Below, one piece after another: positions 48,901-60,900 of a DNA stretch of 64,000 bases; position 1 is the stretch's first letter; each line of letters starts with the position of its first letter. This DNA is from a virus (lineage: Duplodnaviria; Caudoviricetes): IMG/VR virus record IMGVR_UViG_3300005077_000489, positions 32,001 through 96,000 of that record, one strand, 5' to 3'. The notes below the pieces were generated by a model, which had not been told where the DNA came from, did not search any database, and saw nothing but the letters and a program-made list of their open reading frames with translations. The position numbers and the translations under genes are program-made.

Positions 48901-51900
48901 CTACTGTAAAAGAAGCAAATGAGGAATTGAAGAGAATTCATGATATGCAGATGAAAGAGTATGGAACCACTAGAAGATTTTTGCATGAACAACTTAGTTA
49001 TGTTCCAGAATCAAAACGTTCTATGGGTGCCAAAGGTACTGAATTATCCGATGAAGAAATTATGGCTGTAGAAAAAATGCGAAGAAGTGCCTCTCCTACA
49101 TGGCAAGAGATGGACATTGTGAGTGACATTTCTAAGCAAGCTAAGAAGAATTTGTTAGATATCCATGCTACTACTCTTCCCGAGATAGCAGAAGATTCAT
49201 TAAAGCACTTTGTACACAAGGTTGATATGGGACAAGGTTATGAGGCTTTTAACCGTATAGGTTTCTTGTATCGTGGTGCCACGGCTAAGGATTTGGGTAT
49301 TACCCCTAAATTACATGAAACTTATAATTTATTATTAGGAGAGTTTTTGCGTGATACAATCCAAAAAGTCATAGGTGGAAAACACGGTTCGGCTGGTTCG
49401 GATATGAGTCCTATAGTGCAACAAGCTTTTTTCACTGGAAATATAGACGCGGTAGTAGATGCCCTGGACAAAGGGGATGGCGGTTGGGGAAGTTTTAAAG
49501 GTCAATCTGGTAGTAATCAACCACTATTTCAAGAGATAGAAGATAATTTAAGAGAATATCGTTTAAGATATCTGAAGCCAATGTCTAGAGATCAAGTAAA
49601 GAAGGAAGCCGAGTCCTATGGTATTTCCACATTTATGAAAGGTAGGGAACAACTAATAGAAGAGATAGTAGGTAAAACCTCTTTCAGAGCGATGTTTGAG
49701 AATGTATTTGACCAAGTAAGACGTATGGCAGTGGCTAATATAAAAGAATTATATCGTACAGGATTGGCAGGAGATTCTTCCTTATCTAAAAAGGGCTCCA
49801 TGGGCCTCGCCAAATTATTGGCTGGTACTGAGGGGTTCGAAGGAGAGACACTACAGACCTTAGGATTAAGAACTAAATTTAAATTTAATGAAGGAGACTT
49901 TGAGGCATTTGTAGACAAACAAGATGTTACTGATAAGATAATGGGAGTGTTGAAGGATAAATTAGGTAATGTCTCCAAACAGGAGATGGCTTTTCAAATA
50001 GCCGCAGCTGGAGAAGGGATTGCCAAGGTTCTACGTGGAGAACCCGGGAAACTAAAGACAGAGATAATAGAGCCAGGGTTTAGTACCGCTGGATTATATC
50101 GCGGTTTACAACCCATGTATAAACTGAAATCTTCCGGCGGGGCGGAGATGGCTGTTAGTTCTTATTCTAAACGCTCCGAAGGAGAAAATCAGTATACCCC
50201 CGGTGGTCCTGCCCTTTCTTATGCAGAAGTATTAGATTATGTATTGCGTAATAAGGCAGGAAAAAATATAGAAGTAGGTCCTTCTTTAGGTACCTTCACT
50301 AACCCGAGAGAGCAAAAAGCCTATGAATTTGTAAGTCCTGCTATTCAAGCCTACGAGGATTTTGAAAAAGCATATAATAAGATTATGTTGGTAATGGACA
50401 AGAACCTGTATGCCTTGGAGGGATTGCTCGCACAAGTACAGACTTTTGGTAAGGAAACCGCGGGTTTTAAAGGTGAATCTGCCAGAGCTGGTCGTTACGT
50501 AATGTATGATAAGGATACGCAACAAGTCTTCCTGGATTCTGCTGTAAAGTCTGCTTTTGAGGATAATAAGCGTGCTCTTTCTTTGGCTAGAAATGCTGGT
50601 GAGGCTAAAGAGGCGGAAGATAAACTTTTTGATACTGTTAGAAGAGTAAATGAATTATTAAAAAGGGGTGCAGCTTTAAAGTTTATAGATATTGATGAAA
50701 GCAGGAGAGCAGACAACCTCAGAAGTACCATAGATAAACTAGCTGACCCTTCTTCTAGATGGTCATTAAAAGTAGATAGTCTACTAGAGAGAATGGTCTA
50801 TGATAAGAAAGAATTCGGGACATTAATACGTAAGTGGTTAGCAGATGTCGGTCGGGGTGATTTATTAGATAGGAGTAATGTGGAGATAACAGCCGAGTTA
50901 AGGAAGCACAAGGGTATAAGGAAGGAAGCTCTAGAAGAAGCAGCATCTTATATAATTTCTGGTAAGGGTAATATAGCAATTGGTTTGAGACCCTTGATTA
51001 GAGATGCACGTTCCGTGGATATAAAGGAAGAGATATCCAAGGGTCTTATAGGGAAGATAAGATCGGAGGACTTCTCAAAATCTTTCTCACCCTTATTTAT
51101 GGAAAGTTGGAAAGAAGCTGTCATGCGTAATGCACAAACATTAAGTGCTTCGGACTGGAGAAGTATTTATAAGGCTCATCCAGTGTTACGAGATATGCAG
51201 GCTCCTGGTACTTCGTCATATGAAGACGTTATTAAACAGTTACGTTCCGAGGGTATTTATGGTGGTAGTCGTGGGGTCACCCATTTTATAAATAATATAT
51301 TGAAAGAAAGACAAGGACAAATTTTAGAGCACCTTGGCGTGGAGAAACCTGAAGATTGGGAAACCCTTAGACTAAGCCAAGTGGAAAATAAAATGAAATC
51401 CGGTATATTAGAGGCGGCGGAATCTACAAGGTGGCCATTCAGACCCCGTGCCGGTGGAGGGGTATATTTAGAGGATATATTGGACAAACCGGTTCACAAA
51501 GTTAGAGAAGATGTGGAAAACATATTTGATAGTGCTTTTGACCTATCCCCGGAAGACTGGAAACAAATATTTAACTTTGATGAAAAGGCACAAAAAATAG
51601 CGATGAATGCTGAAGAGCCCCTGAAGGCTTTATATGAAGCCGGTATGTACGGTGAAAATCGTGGATACACAAGATACATTAATATGATATTTAAGAAACG
51701 TATGGAGCATATTCTAAATGAATTAGGGCAGGAAGCCCCTGATTTCTATACCATGCGTTTCCAAAAATCTAAACAAGAGTTTCTTAGTTCTCTCGAAGAA
51801 GCAGCATTGGATAATTTATTAAAAGGAACTCCGTCAACCGGAGGACCTTTTGGTGGTAAGCGGTTTACTCCCGGAGAGGCTTTTGGGGAGCGGGCACCAG

Positions 51901-54900
51901 AGAACATAAGGAGAGCATCTAGAGGTTTCGTTCCTGCTGATTACCCTCATATTAAACCTATTTATGATTTTCCTAAATTCTTAGATACAGAATCTTCGGT
52001 ACAATACAAAAGTCATGGTGACCAAGTAAAAATGAGTGCTGTACCTCTAAGGTGGGGTAATATAGAAATAGGTTATGGTACTAAAAACAAACCATTAGAT
52101 CCAGCTACAGCTAATGCTAGATATAGGCCTTTTATAGAAGCTACCCAGGACCTAGTCCCAGTAATGAAAGATTGGGTAAAAGAGAACAAGCATCGCATAG
52201 ATTTATATGGTGAGTTTGGCGGGTTAAAAGATAAATTAGTATGGTTTGATGCTAAGGTAGCAAACAAAACTTTGAGTCCTGATGATTTTAAAAAGTTAGC
52301 TGAAGAGTTAAATCTGAAAACTACTGAAGAATTATATAGAGGACCAGTAACGAAAGAGATAGTTGACAAAGTATATCGTCAAGTCACTCCCTTCAGAAAA
52401 TTAGAAGAAGGCGTTGTGGCTAAAGGATTGGAGATTGATGAAAGAACAGGCTTCCCTAGAATGGCTAAGTTTAAGACTAAGCCTTATCTAGTGGGGGAAG
52501 AGACGCGTTATCCTTGGCAAGACTGGGGTAGTGCAGAAAGGAAAATAGAGGAGAGGCATAAGAAACTTATGGAGAGAGCATTTTCTCCATTTGATAACAT
52601 TGAAGAAGGGATAGAACAGGACCCTACAAGATCTTTTACACCCACGGAAGCCCAGCGTAGAGAAGGCTTATATCCAGAAAATTGGCCGGTTGTAGAAACT
52701 ACCAAAAAACGTGTTGAAGAGTATCTTAAAGGTTTAGATGATAAATTTTATCAGTCTGCCGAGAGAGCGAAAGAATTTCCTAAAGGTACTAAGTTCTTAG
52801 TACAAGCCCCGGGTGTAGAGCCCATTCCTTCCTATGCTAAGGATGCTGTGGTTATTTCTAAAGAAGAATTAAGGAAAACCATCTTTGGTAAAGGGATGCC
52901 AGACTTACCTTATGACCCTGTTCTTGTATTAAATTCTAGAAGACAGGTTCCTAGGTACCCTGAAGCAATTCCTATTTCTAAGGAACGCGGTTTTATGTTT
53001 CCTGGCGAGGCTAAAGAGGGTGATGTAGGTAGGTTTGTCATACACCAGCATGATGCCTTAAGGGCGGGTCCCCACCATGACATGCGTATTGAGTTAGGTG
53101 GTCAATTACAGTCTTGGGCAGTTCCAGAATTTATTCCGGAAAAGATGGGTGAACGTAGGTTAGCCATAGGTCCTACGGCACACCATGCCATTGACTACTA
53201 TCAGAAGGGAGATTACGATATTCCCAAAGGTTTTTATGGTGCCGGTCATATGTCAACATTTGATACGGGTAAAGCTACTGTAGAAAGTGTAAAAGAAGGT
53301 TATGTTACTGTACGATTAGAGGGAGTAAAAGGACTAGCTGATGGTACTTATTCTATCATAAAATATGAACCTAAAGGAGAAGATACAAGAAAAGGACAGT
53401 GGTTAGTGTCTAAGGTTAGACCATTGTCAGAAAGAGACCCAGAAAGAGCAAAGAAATTATACGGTTTTAGTCCATCCATAGAGTTAGATGACGAATTGGG
53501 GGCAGGAGAGGGTAGGTATGGACAGGGTAATATAAGGTTATTTACCCCTGGTAATAGAGCAGAGATGCGGGCTTTTATGAATGTATTACAACATGAAAAA
53601 GGACACGCAGCAATAGATTTTGCAGCACCTAATATTGCTAGGGATATAATGGCTGGAAAACAATTTCCTGGTGTTGATACCAAGAAACTGCAAAGTTATT
53701 ATATGCAGAAGTATGGGGACCGCGGAGATGATGAGGAGGCAGCAGCGAATGCATTAGAAGAGGCTATTGCAGGCGGGCTACGTACAGACGAAGACCAAGA
53801 AATATTAGACGAAATTAGCAAACTGCAAGATGTCATAGGTGAAAAAGCCGGAATGGCATTTGCAGGTACATCACCACAGAACGAACTTTCCTATATTAGA
53901 AAACTATTCTCACCAGTACAACAACCGTACACAGTTTATACAGATGCAGGCTCTAGAGGTAACCCCGGTCCTGGGGGTGCTGGTGCCGTAGTATTTGACC
54001 CACAAGGTAAGAAGGTTTCAGAACTTAGTAGATACTTAGGAGAAACCACAAGTATGGCTGCAGAATATCAAGGGCTTATTATGGGATTAGAAGAAGCCCT
54101 TAAACATTCTGCCAAAAACATTCAACTTAAGTCTGATTCACAAGTAATGGTGGGGCAGATGAGAGAGGAGTTTAGAGTTAAGAATGAACAAATAAAAGAA
54201 TTAAAAAGACAAGCAGACTTACTTAAAGCACAATTCGAAGGTTTTAATATAGACTATATTCCCAGAGAACAAAATAAATTAGCAGATAAATTGGCTAACA
54301 GGGCTATGGACTCATATCTTAAGTCATATTCGCCTGCCGAAGATGACGTAGACCGTTTTGGTAGTCCTATTATTTATGATTATAATAAATTGACAAGTAG
54401 CCCTAATTGGCTTCCCCGCGGTATGACTGCTAAGGCTGTTTCCGCTGCTGTAAATGGACAATTTATAGGTGCGGCATCTTATTCAACTGCCTCTCCTGAA
54501 TACACAGGGTTTGGGGAATTATCTATAAAACCGGAATATAGGCGTAGTAGTAGAGTTGCTGGTAATTTGATGGAGAAGGTAATAATAGATTTAATCAATA
54601 GTGGTAACTTCAAACATACACGTCCTCTCACCCCAGTCGCTGATACTCCAGAAGCCATCTCTTTTTGGGAGAGTATAATAAAAAGAACACAGAAGCCTTC
54701 AAGAAATATAAAAGAGGCATTCTTAGCAAATAATGTGACTCCTGATGATCTTTCCATGGTTGCTGGTAGATTACAGGCTGAAATAGACATAACCAAGGCA
54801 TCTAAGTTTACTGATGTAATAAAGAGGATCATTGAAGAACCTCATAATTTAGGGGAAGAACTTTCTAAACTGACAGAGACTAATCAAGCAAAAGTAATTA

Positions 54901-57900
54901 GAGCTACCCAGGCAGTGTTGGCTAAAACAAATGATGCCTCTTATCCAAAGATAGGTATTAAACCTACTGCTTTTTCTGAGGGATTGGATTTTAAGTCTAA
55001 ACTCCGCTCTGAAATAACATCATTATATAATTACGGTAAAGAAGGTGCCAAACTATTTTTTGGGTCTTCTGGTTCTGGTTCTTCCATAACTGAATTTACA
55101 AAGAATATAGCAAGGGGTATATGGGATGACCTAGGTAGATTGGGAAAATTCTCATTAGGTACAATGCGCGGTTTGAGGGCGTATGCACCTGTAGAAGATT
55201 TAGTTCGTAGTGGTGAGATAAAGATTGATGACACCCCATTTAGAGCCCGGGGGCTAACGTCCGAGAGAGTCAGAAACTATTTAGGTAGAGGATATGCTGT
55301 TGGTATGGGTGGGGGCGGTAATATATATATGCCTCCTGATATTATACAATCATATCAGAATGCCACTGGCGGACTTAAACAACAGTATGGTCAATCTATA
55401 ATGAAAACTTATTTTCATGAAAAAAGGCATCTTGATATCGATGCTGCTCCAGAGAAAATAAAGGAAAAGTGGAGACAACTTGCATCTGACAAGAATACTG
55501 ATATAGGTAAATTAGTTAGTAGCTTTATAAATGAGGCTATGCTTAGCACTTCCAGGGACGTATATAAGAAACAATTTGAGGATGCTCAAAAGAAATATGG
55601 AGAAAATATAGGTTCCGATTTCTTAAATTCTTTTGCTGCTAGGTGGGAAGCCTTACAAGAGATAATTGCTGGTCATCCGGAGATGCGTTCTGCTAGTAGT
55701 AATCAACAGTTAGTACAAAAAATTCGCAGTGATTTCTATGGAGATGTAAATAAGCCTATACCTGGATTTGGTCCCAGTGCTAGTGCCTTTTCTCCTAATT
55801 TAACAGATTATAAAAATTTCAAGAACATTAAAAAGGGCTACGAAGAAGAGTCGGATACTGGACTATTACATAAGAAAAAGGTAGCTTTAAAATTTGGGAT
55901 TCCGCCATTAAAAGGTCTGTTGGGAGAAGATATCGATATTTCGGAATCTCTACAATATTTAATGCATCCGGCTATGAGGGAAAGAAGACTTATGGGACTC
56001 CCCCAAAGAATGATAGATTCAAGAAATCCTTACTTAGCTGGGATGTTACGTAAAGGTTTTGGTGCTGGTGCTGGCTTATCCCTAGAAGGAGAACTAGGAG
56101 TAGGTCCTTACAAAGTAGAATTAGGTGGTGTAGGCTTTGGCAGATATGGTAAGAAAGATGAGGAATTTTTTGCTGATAAACCCAGTGAGATAATAGGACT
56201 TTCTAGTTTGGAACCCGTCAAACGTCCAATTGATTACGTGGGTTTGAGCCCCGGTGCCGAACACGGTTTGTTGGCCGCCCTTAGGGCAAATACTAACGCT
56301 CTACTACGTTCATCTTTTATTACGAAGGATATGCCCGTTGGGTTACTTCCTACTATTATGCAGGACATAACTAAAGCGTACAGGGTTCCTGCTACTGATG
56401 AGACCCTAGGCAGTGCTTTTAGAAAATTTTTTGGCGGCACTTACGACCTTGCAAAGGGTACTATGAAAGGTGCTATAGGTCTTCCTTATACATTAATAAA
56501 ATCTCCTTTGGATATATTTAAATCCGGTAAGGATACAGATTCCAGGTTTTGGACTGGTGTTGGTCAACAATTCAATGGTATTTCTGCGGGATTATCAGAA
56601 CTTTCTACATACAAGAGTGGTGCTTTCTTGGATACAGATTTAAAAAGTGCCTATTCAACCAAATCAAAATCTATTTATGATATAAAGAATATTGTAGATA
56701 TGGAGTACGATAAATTAGTAAGAAAGTTAGAATTTGGTTTGGCAGTGATGGAACCCGCAGATTTAAAGCGTAATATATCTGATGTATTTACGGCTTATTC
56801 GGACACGATGGATAATATGTTTAAAAACCCGTCTAAAGCCTTAGCCGAGGAGGCTGCTAAACAAAAAGCAATACTGGAATCAGTATTGGGAAACCAATGG
56901 GAGACTCCCCCAGCGACACAGCGATTAATACGTGGTGGTGCAACGCTGGGTCATGGGGTGTCTTCTATTTATAATCGATTACTGAAAACTTTGGAAGAAA
57001 TAGGTTATGCTACGGGTGGTGTCGGAAAGGGAGTAGGCTATTTAGCAACACACCCTAAAGACATATTACCCGGAATTATGTCTTCTATCCGAGGACTATT
57101 ACCAGGGAAGGATATTACTGGTGTCGGGTTGTTGGGTGAAACTTCCAGACAATTAGAGCAAATCTATGGTACCGGGATGTTAAGAACTTCTGATGTAGTA
57201 AAGTTAGCCGGGTACGGTGTATCACCAGAACAAAAAGTTGGGGGGTTACTCTCGCGTGCTTCAAAATATCAACCTGTGACAGCCGCGGACCGTGCTATGA
57301 GAGAAGTTCTTGGTCTCAGGGAAACCGGTGCAATTGTGGGAGATATCACTAATACAAAAGGAATCTTGGGTGCTCTAGGGCATGTTGTGGTCAAACCCAT
57401 ATCTGCTATTGGTGAAACTATGACAGATATGGGTAAGGCGTTTGGTTCCTTTAATTTAGTAGAGATGGTAAAAGCTCCTCTAATCGGTCTCTTAAAGCTA
57501 GCCCCAGTGATCGGTCATACCGTTGCGGGTGTTCAAGAATTTAGGGAAGAAGTAGAGAAGGGTGCTTCCCCTTACACATCATTTGTTAGCGAAGTCGGAG
57601 AACAAATCATAGAGGGAATTACTATTGCATTAGGTGCCGCCGCAGGTACTAGAGTTGGTCGTCCTGCAGCCGCCGGGTTAGCTAGTATAGGTGGTAGGGG
57701 TCCTATGGCAGCCGCTAAATATTTACCAATTGCCACTGGTATAATAGGTAGTATTCTAGGAGGAATTGGTGGTGGTAGAATAGGGGAGTCTTTTGAAAAA
57801 GGTATGTTCTCTATGGTGGGACAGACCTCTCCTAAGTCTGTAGCACGTTCTATTTGGGAGCAAGAACGTGATAAGCGATCTCTAGAGGAAGAGGGTCTAG

Positions 57901-60900
57901 ATAAAATACTACCGGATTACCTGGATGAATCCAAAAAAGAAGAATTAGCCAATATGCAAAAATGGTTGGTCCGTGGTGGCGTAGTTGGCGGACTATATGG
58001 TGGTATGAAGGTTCCTCTTCAAGGTGGAACACTTTCACGTTTAGTCTCTATGGTCGCGGGTCCTACTCTAGGTTATCTCGGTGCCAAAAAATTAGGAGAT
58101 GTCACGATGGGTCGTGCTTCAGAGAAGGCTAGAGAAGACTATATGGAAAAGACTCTTGGATTTCGATCTTTTTCTCCATTATCTTCACAAGAGAAATGGG
58201 ATATTCCTAGGGAAATACGCGGGGTTACGTCTGAGAAACTCAAAGGAAAAACCTTAGATGAAATAATTTCTACTTTCAAAGAGTTACAATCTGAAACGTT
58301 TAGTGGTAGCAACTTAGATAAGCAGAAACTGTTGACATCACAGAAGGCTGTTACCCAGTTTATGTCCGAGATCTATCTTAGCAGAATTGAAGAGTTGAGA
58401 GATCAACTGAATGTCGCTGCTAAAAGTGGTAATCAGAATTTAATGGCAAAACTCCGAGCAGAGATTGATAGGTATATAGTTTTTTATATAGGGAATGTAC
58501 TCAAGTCTTCTACTGGTGCACACGCAGCCGCCGATGCTTTTAGGGTGCGGTCTATCGGTGGTTTTGTAGGTTCAGAGGACTATGAAGCACGTTCTACAGG
58601 TCGTCCCCAATCTTTCGATGAGGTTATAAGTCTCGATAAATTCTTGGAGAGGGGTCTTAGCGGTGTATCTAGGAAGGCTGTAAATCTATTAAGGAATTTA
58701 TCTGATACGGGTGCTTCTCCAAGGTCTATATATCAAGAAATAATGCCAGGAATTCTGAAGTCTTCTACGAATATCCCAAGAGACGTTACGGCTGTGCATA
58801 CATATTTGAAATCTGTAGTTCATGAACTAGGACAAACCCCAGATGTTAATATAGACCAGTACCGTTATTGGAAGTCATTGGAAGAATATTTCCGGGCCAC
58901 CGCAAAGCAATACAGAGGAAGTAGTCGGTTCGACTTTGGAGATCTACGTTCTGCTGCTCCGATAACACCAGTTGGTTTACGACCGGAGGACCAGGAGACC
59001 TTTAATGCAAAAACTGTAGATTACTATAAAAAAATGTTGCAGGCCAACCCAATGTTTAAGGAGGGTGCTACTGTACCACTAGAACTTAAAGTTACGGATG
59101 AGGCTGGTAATGCTTTAAAAAATATAAGAGTTGACTTAACAAAAACAAAACACGCGGCGGACGGCGTTTCCATGTCCATAACAGATATGAATAAAGTTAT
59201 GGCACAGAAAAACACTCTGTTTGGTGCAGTAGAACTAACTTCTAGATTTATTTTGGCGGGAGCAACTGTGGGTGGGTTAGTTAATGAACTAAGGACTATG
59301 GCTTCCACTATTGCTCAAGTAGAGTCTGGTATGATGGAACTAAGAAAGGTTATGGAACCCTCTATAACCAACTTTGACGAGATACGTAACTCTGCTCTTA
59401 ATATGGCTAAAGAAATGGGTGTTGGTATTAATGATGTCATACAATCTATGGTAGTTTTCGGGCAACAGGGTGATACACAAGCACAAGTAATAGAGAAAGC
59501 GAGAACATCTGTTATGGCTGCCGCTATAACTGATATGAAAGCTGCAGAAGTCACTGAATATCTTACATCTGCGGTAAAGCAATATGGAGAAGAGATAAAG
59601 GAAACACAACGTTTTCTGGATTCTTGGATAAAGGTTGACGTACAGCATGCCATAACGGCTACTGAATTATCCAAAGCAATGCTGCGTGTTGGTTCCGCTG
59701 CTAAAGAAGCTGGAGTCGGTTTCCATGAATTAAATGGTATTGTGACTGGTATTGGCTCTGTTACTAGACAAACCGGTAGAGAAGTTGGTACTGCTCTACG
59801 TTTTATTTTTAGGAATCTCCAAACTACTCAAGTTAAAAACTATTTGCGTAATATACTAAATATTGATACGTTGTTACCGAGCGGTTCTATAAAACCGGCT
59901 ATGAAGATATTTGATGAATTACAGGCAAAATGGCAGAATTTCTCTGATGCTCAAAGGATGCATGTTGCACAATTGGTTTCCGGTGCTAGACATTATAATG
60001 CTTTTCTAGCAATGATGAATAACTACTCAGAAGTATTAACTGCTACACAAGATTCTATACACTCTGAAGGTTATGCTCAAGCTCGTTTGAATATGCAAAT
60101 GGATACGCTAACTAAGAAACTAGCACAAGTCAGAGCGGCTTCAGAAAGATTATATGTTGACTTTGGTAAACTAGCCCTGGGTCCAATGAAACTCGTAGCG
60201 GATGCCACAACTTCTATGATTACTGCTTTTACTCTAATCCCTGATACTGTAAAACAAGCTATATTAGCATTAGGTACTTTTGCCGCTTTTTCCGGTAAAA
60301 TAGAAAGTGTTATTTCCGGTTTGCAAAATTTTGGGGTGGCTAGCGGTATGTCAGATACCTTTTCTAATTTTATGTCTTTTGCTACCTCCCCAATTTCTTC
60401 AGTAATGAAAGCGTTCTCTTCTGTTCAGGGGGTCTCTGGGTTATCAGAGGTAACAACTACATTAGGAAAGATGGCATTCATTGGTATCTCTGCTGGTAGA
60501 TCTTTTAATAGTTTGTTCAGCAGTATAGGCAAAGGCGCAGGAATTGCCCTTGGTTCTGTGTCACTACTCGCTGCTGCAGTTGGAGCTCTGAGTGATTCAC
60601 ACACAGGAATGTTTAAATTGGCTGGTGCTTTCGGGCTTATAGGAGCTTCTGCTCTTATTAGCAGCGGTATTATAGGGTCCCTAAGCGGCTCCACTACAGG
60701 TTTTATTGGTTCCTTAGCACCTCTGGCTGTAATTGCTACTGTTATCTATAAAAACTGGGATAAGTTATCAGACGTTTTTGGCGGAGTAGGAAATAGTATA
60801 GAACGTTTACAGAAACAGACTGAAGGTATAGGGAGTATCACTAGCAAGCGTTTAGAAATTAGTGAAATAACTACAATATTTGGTAAGGCGAACTTATTAG

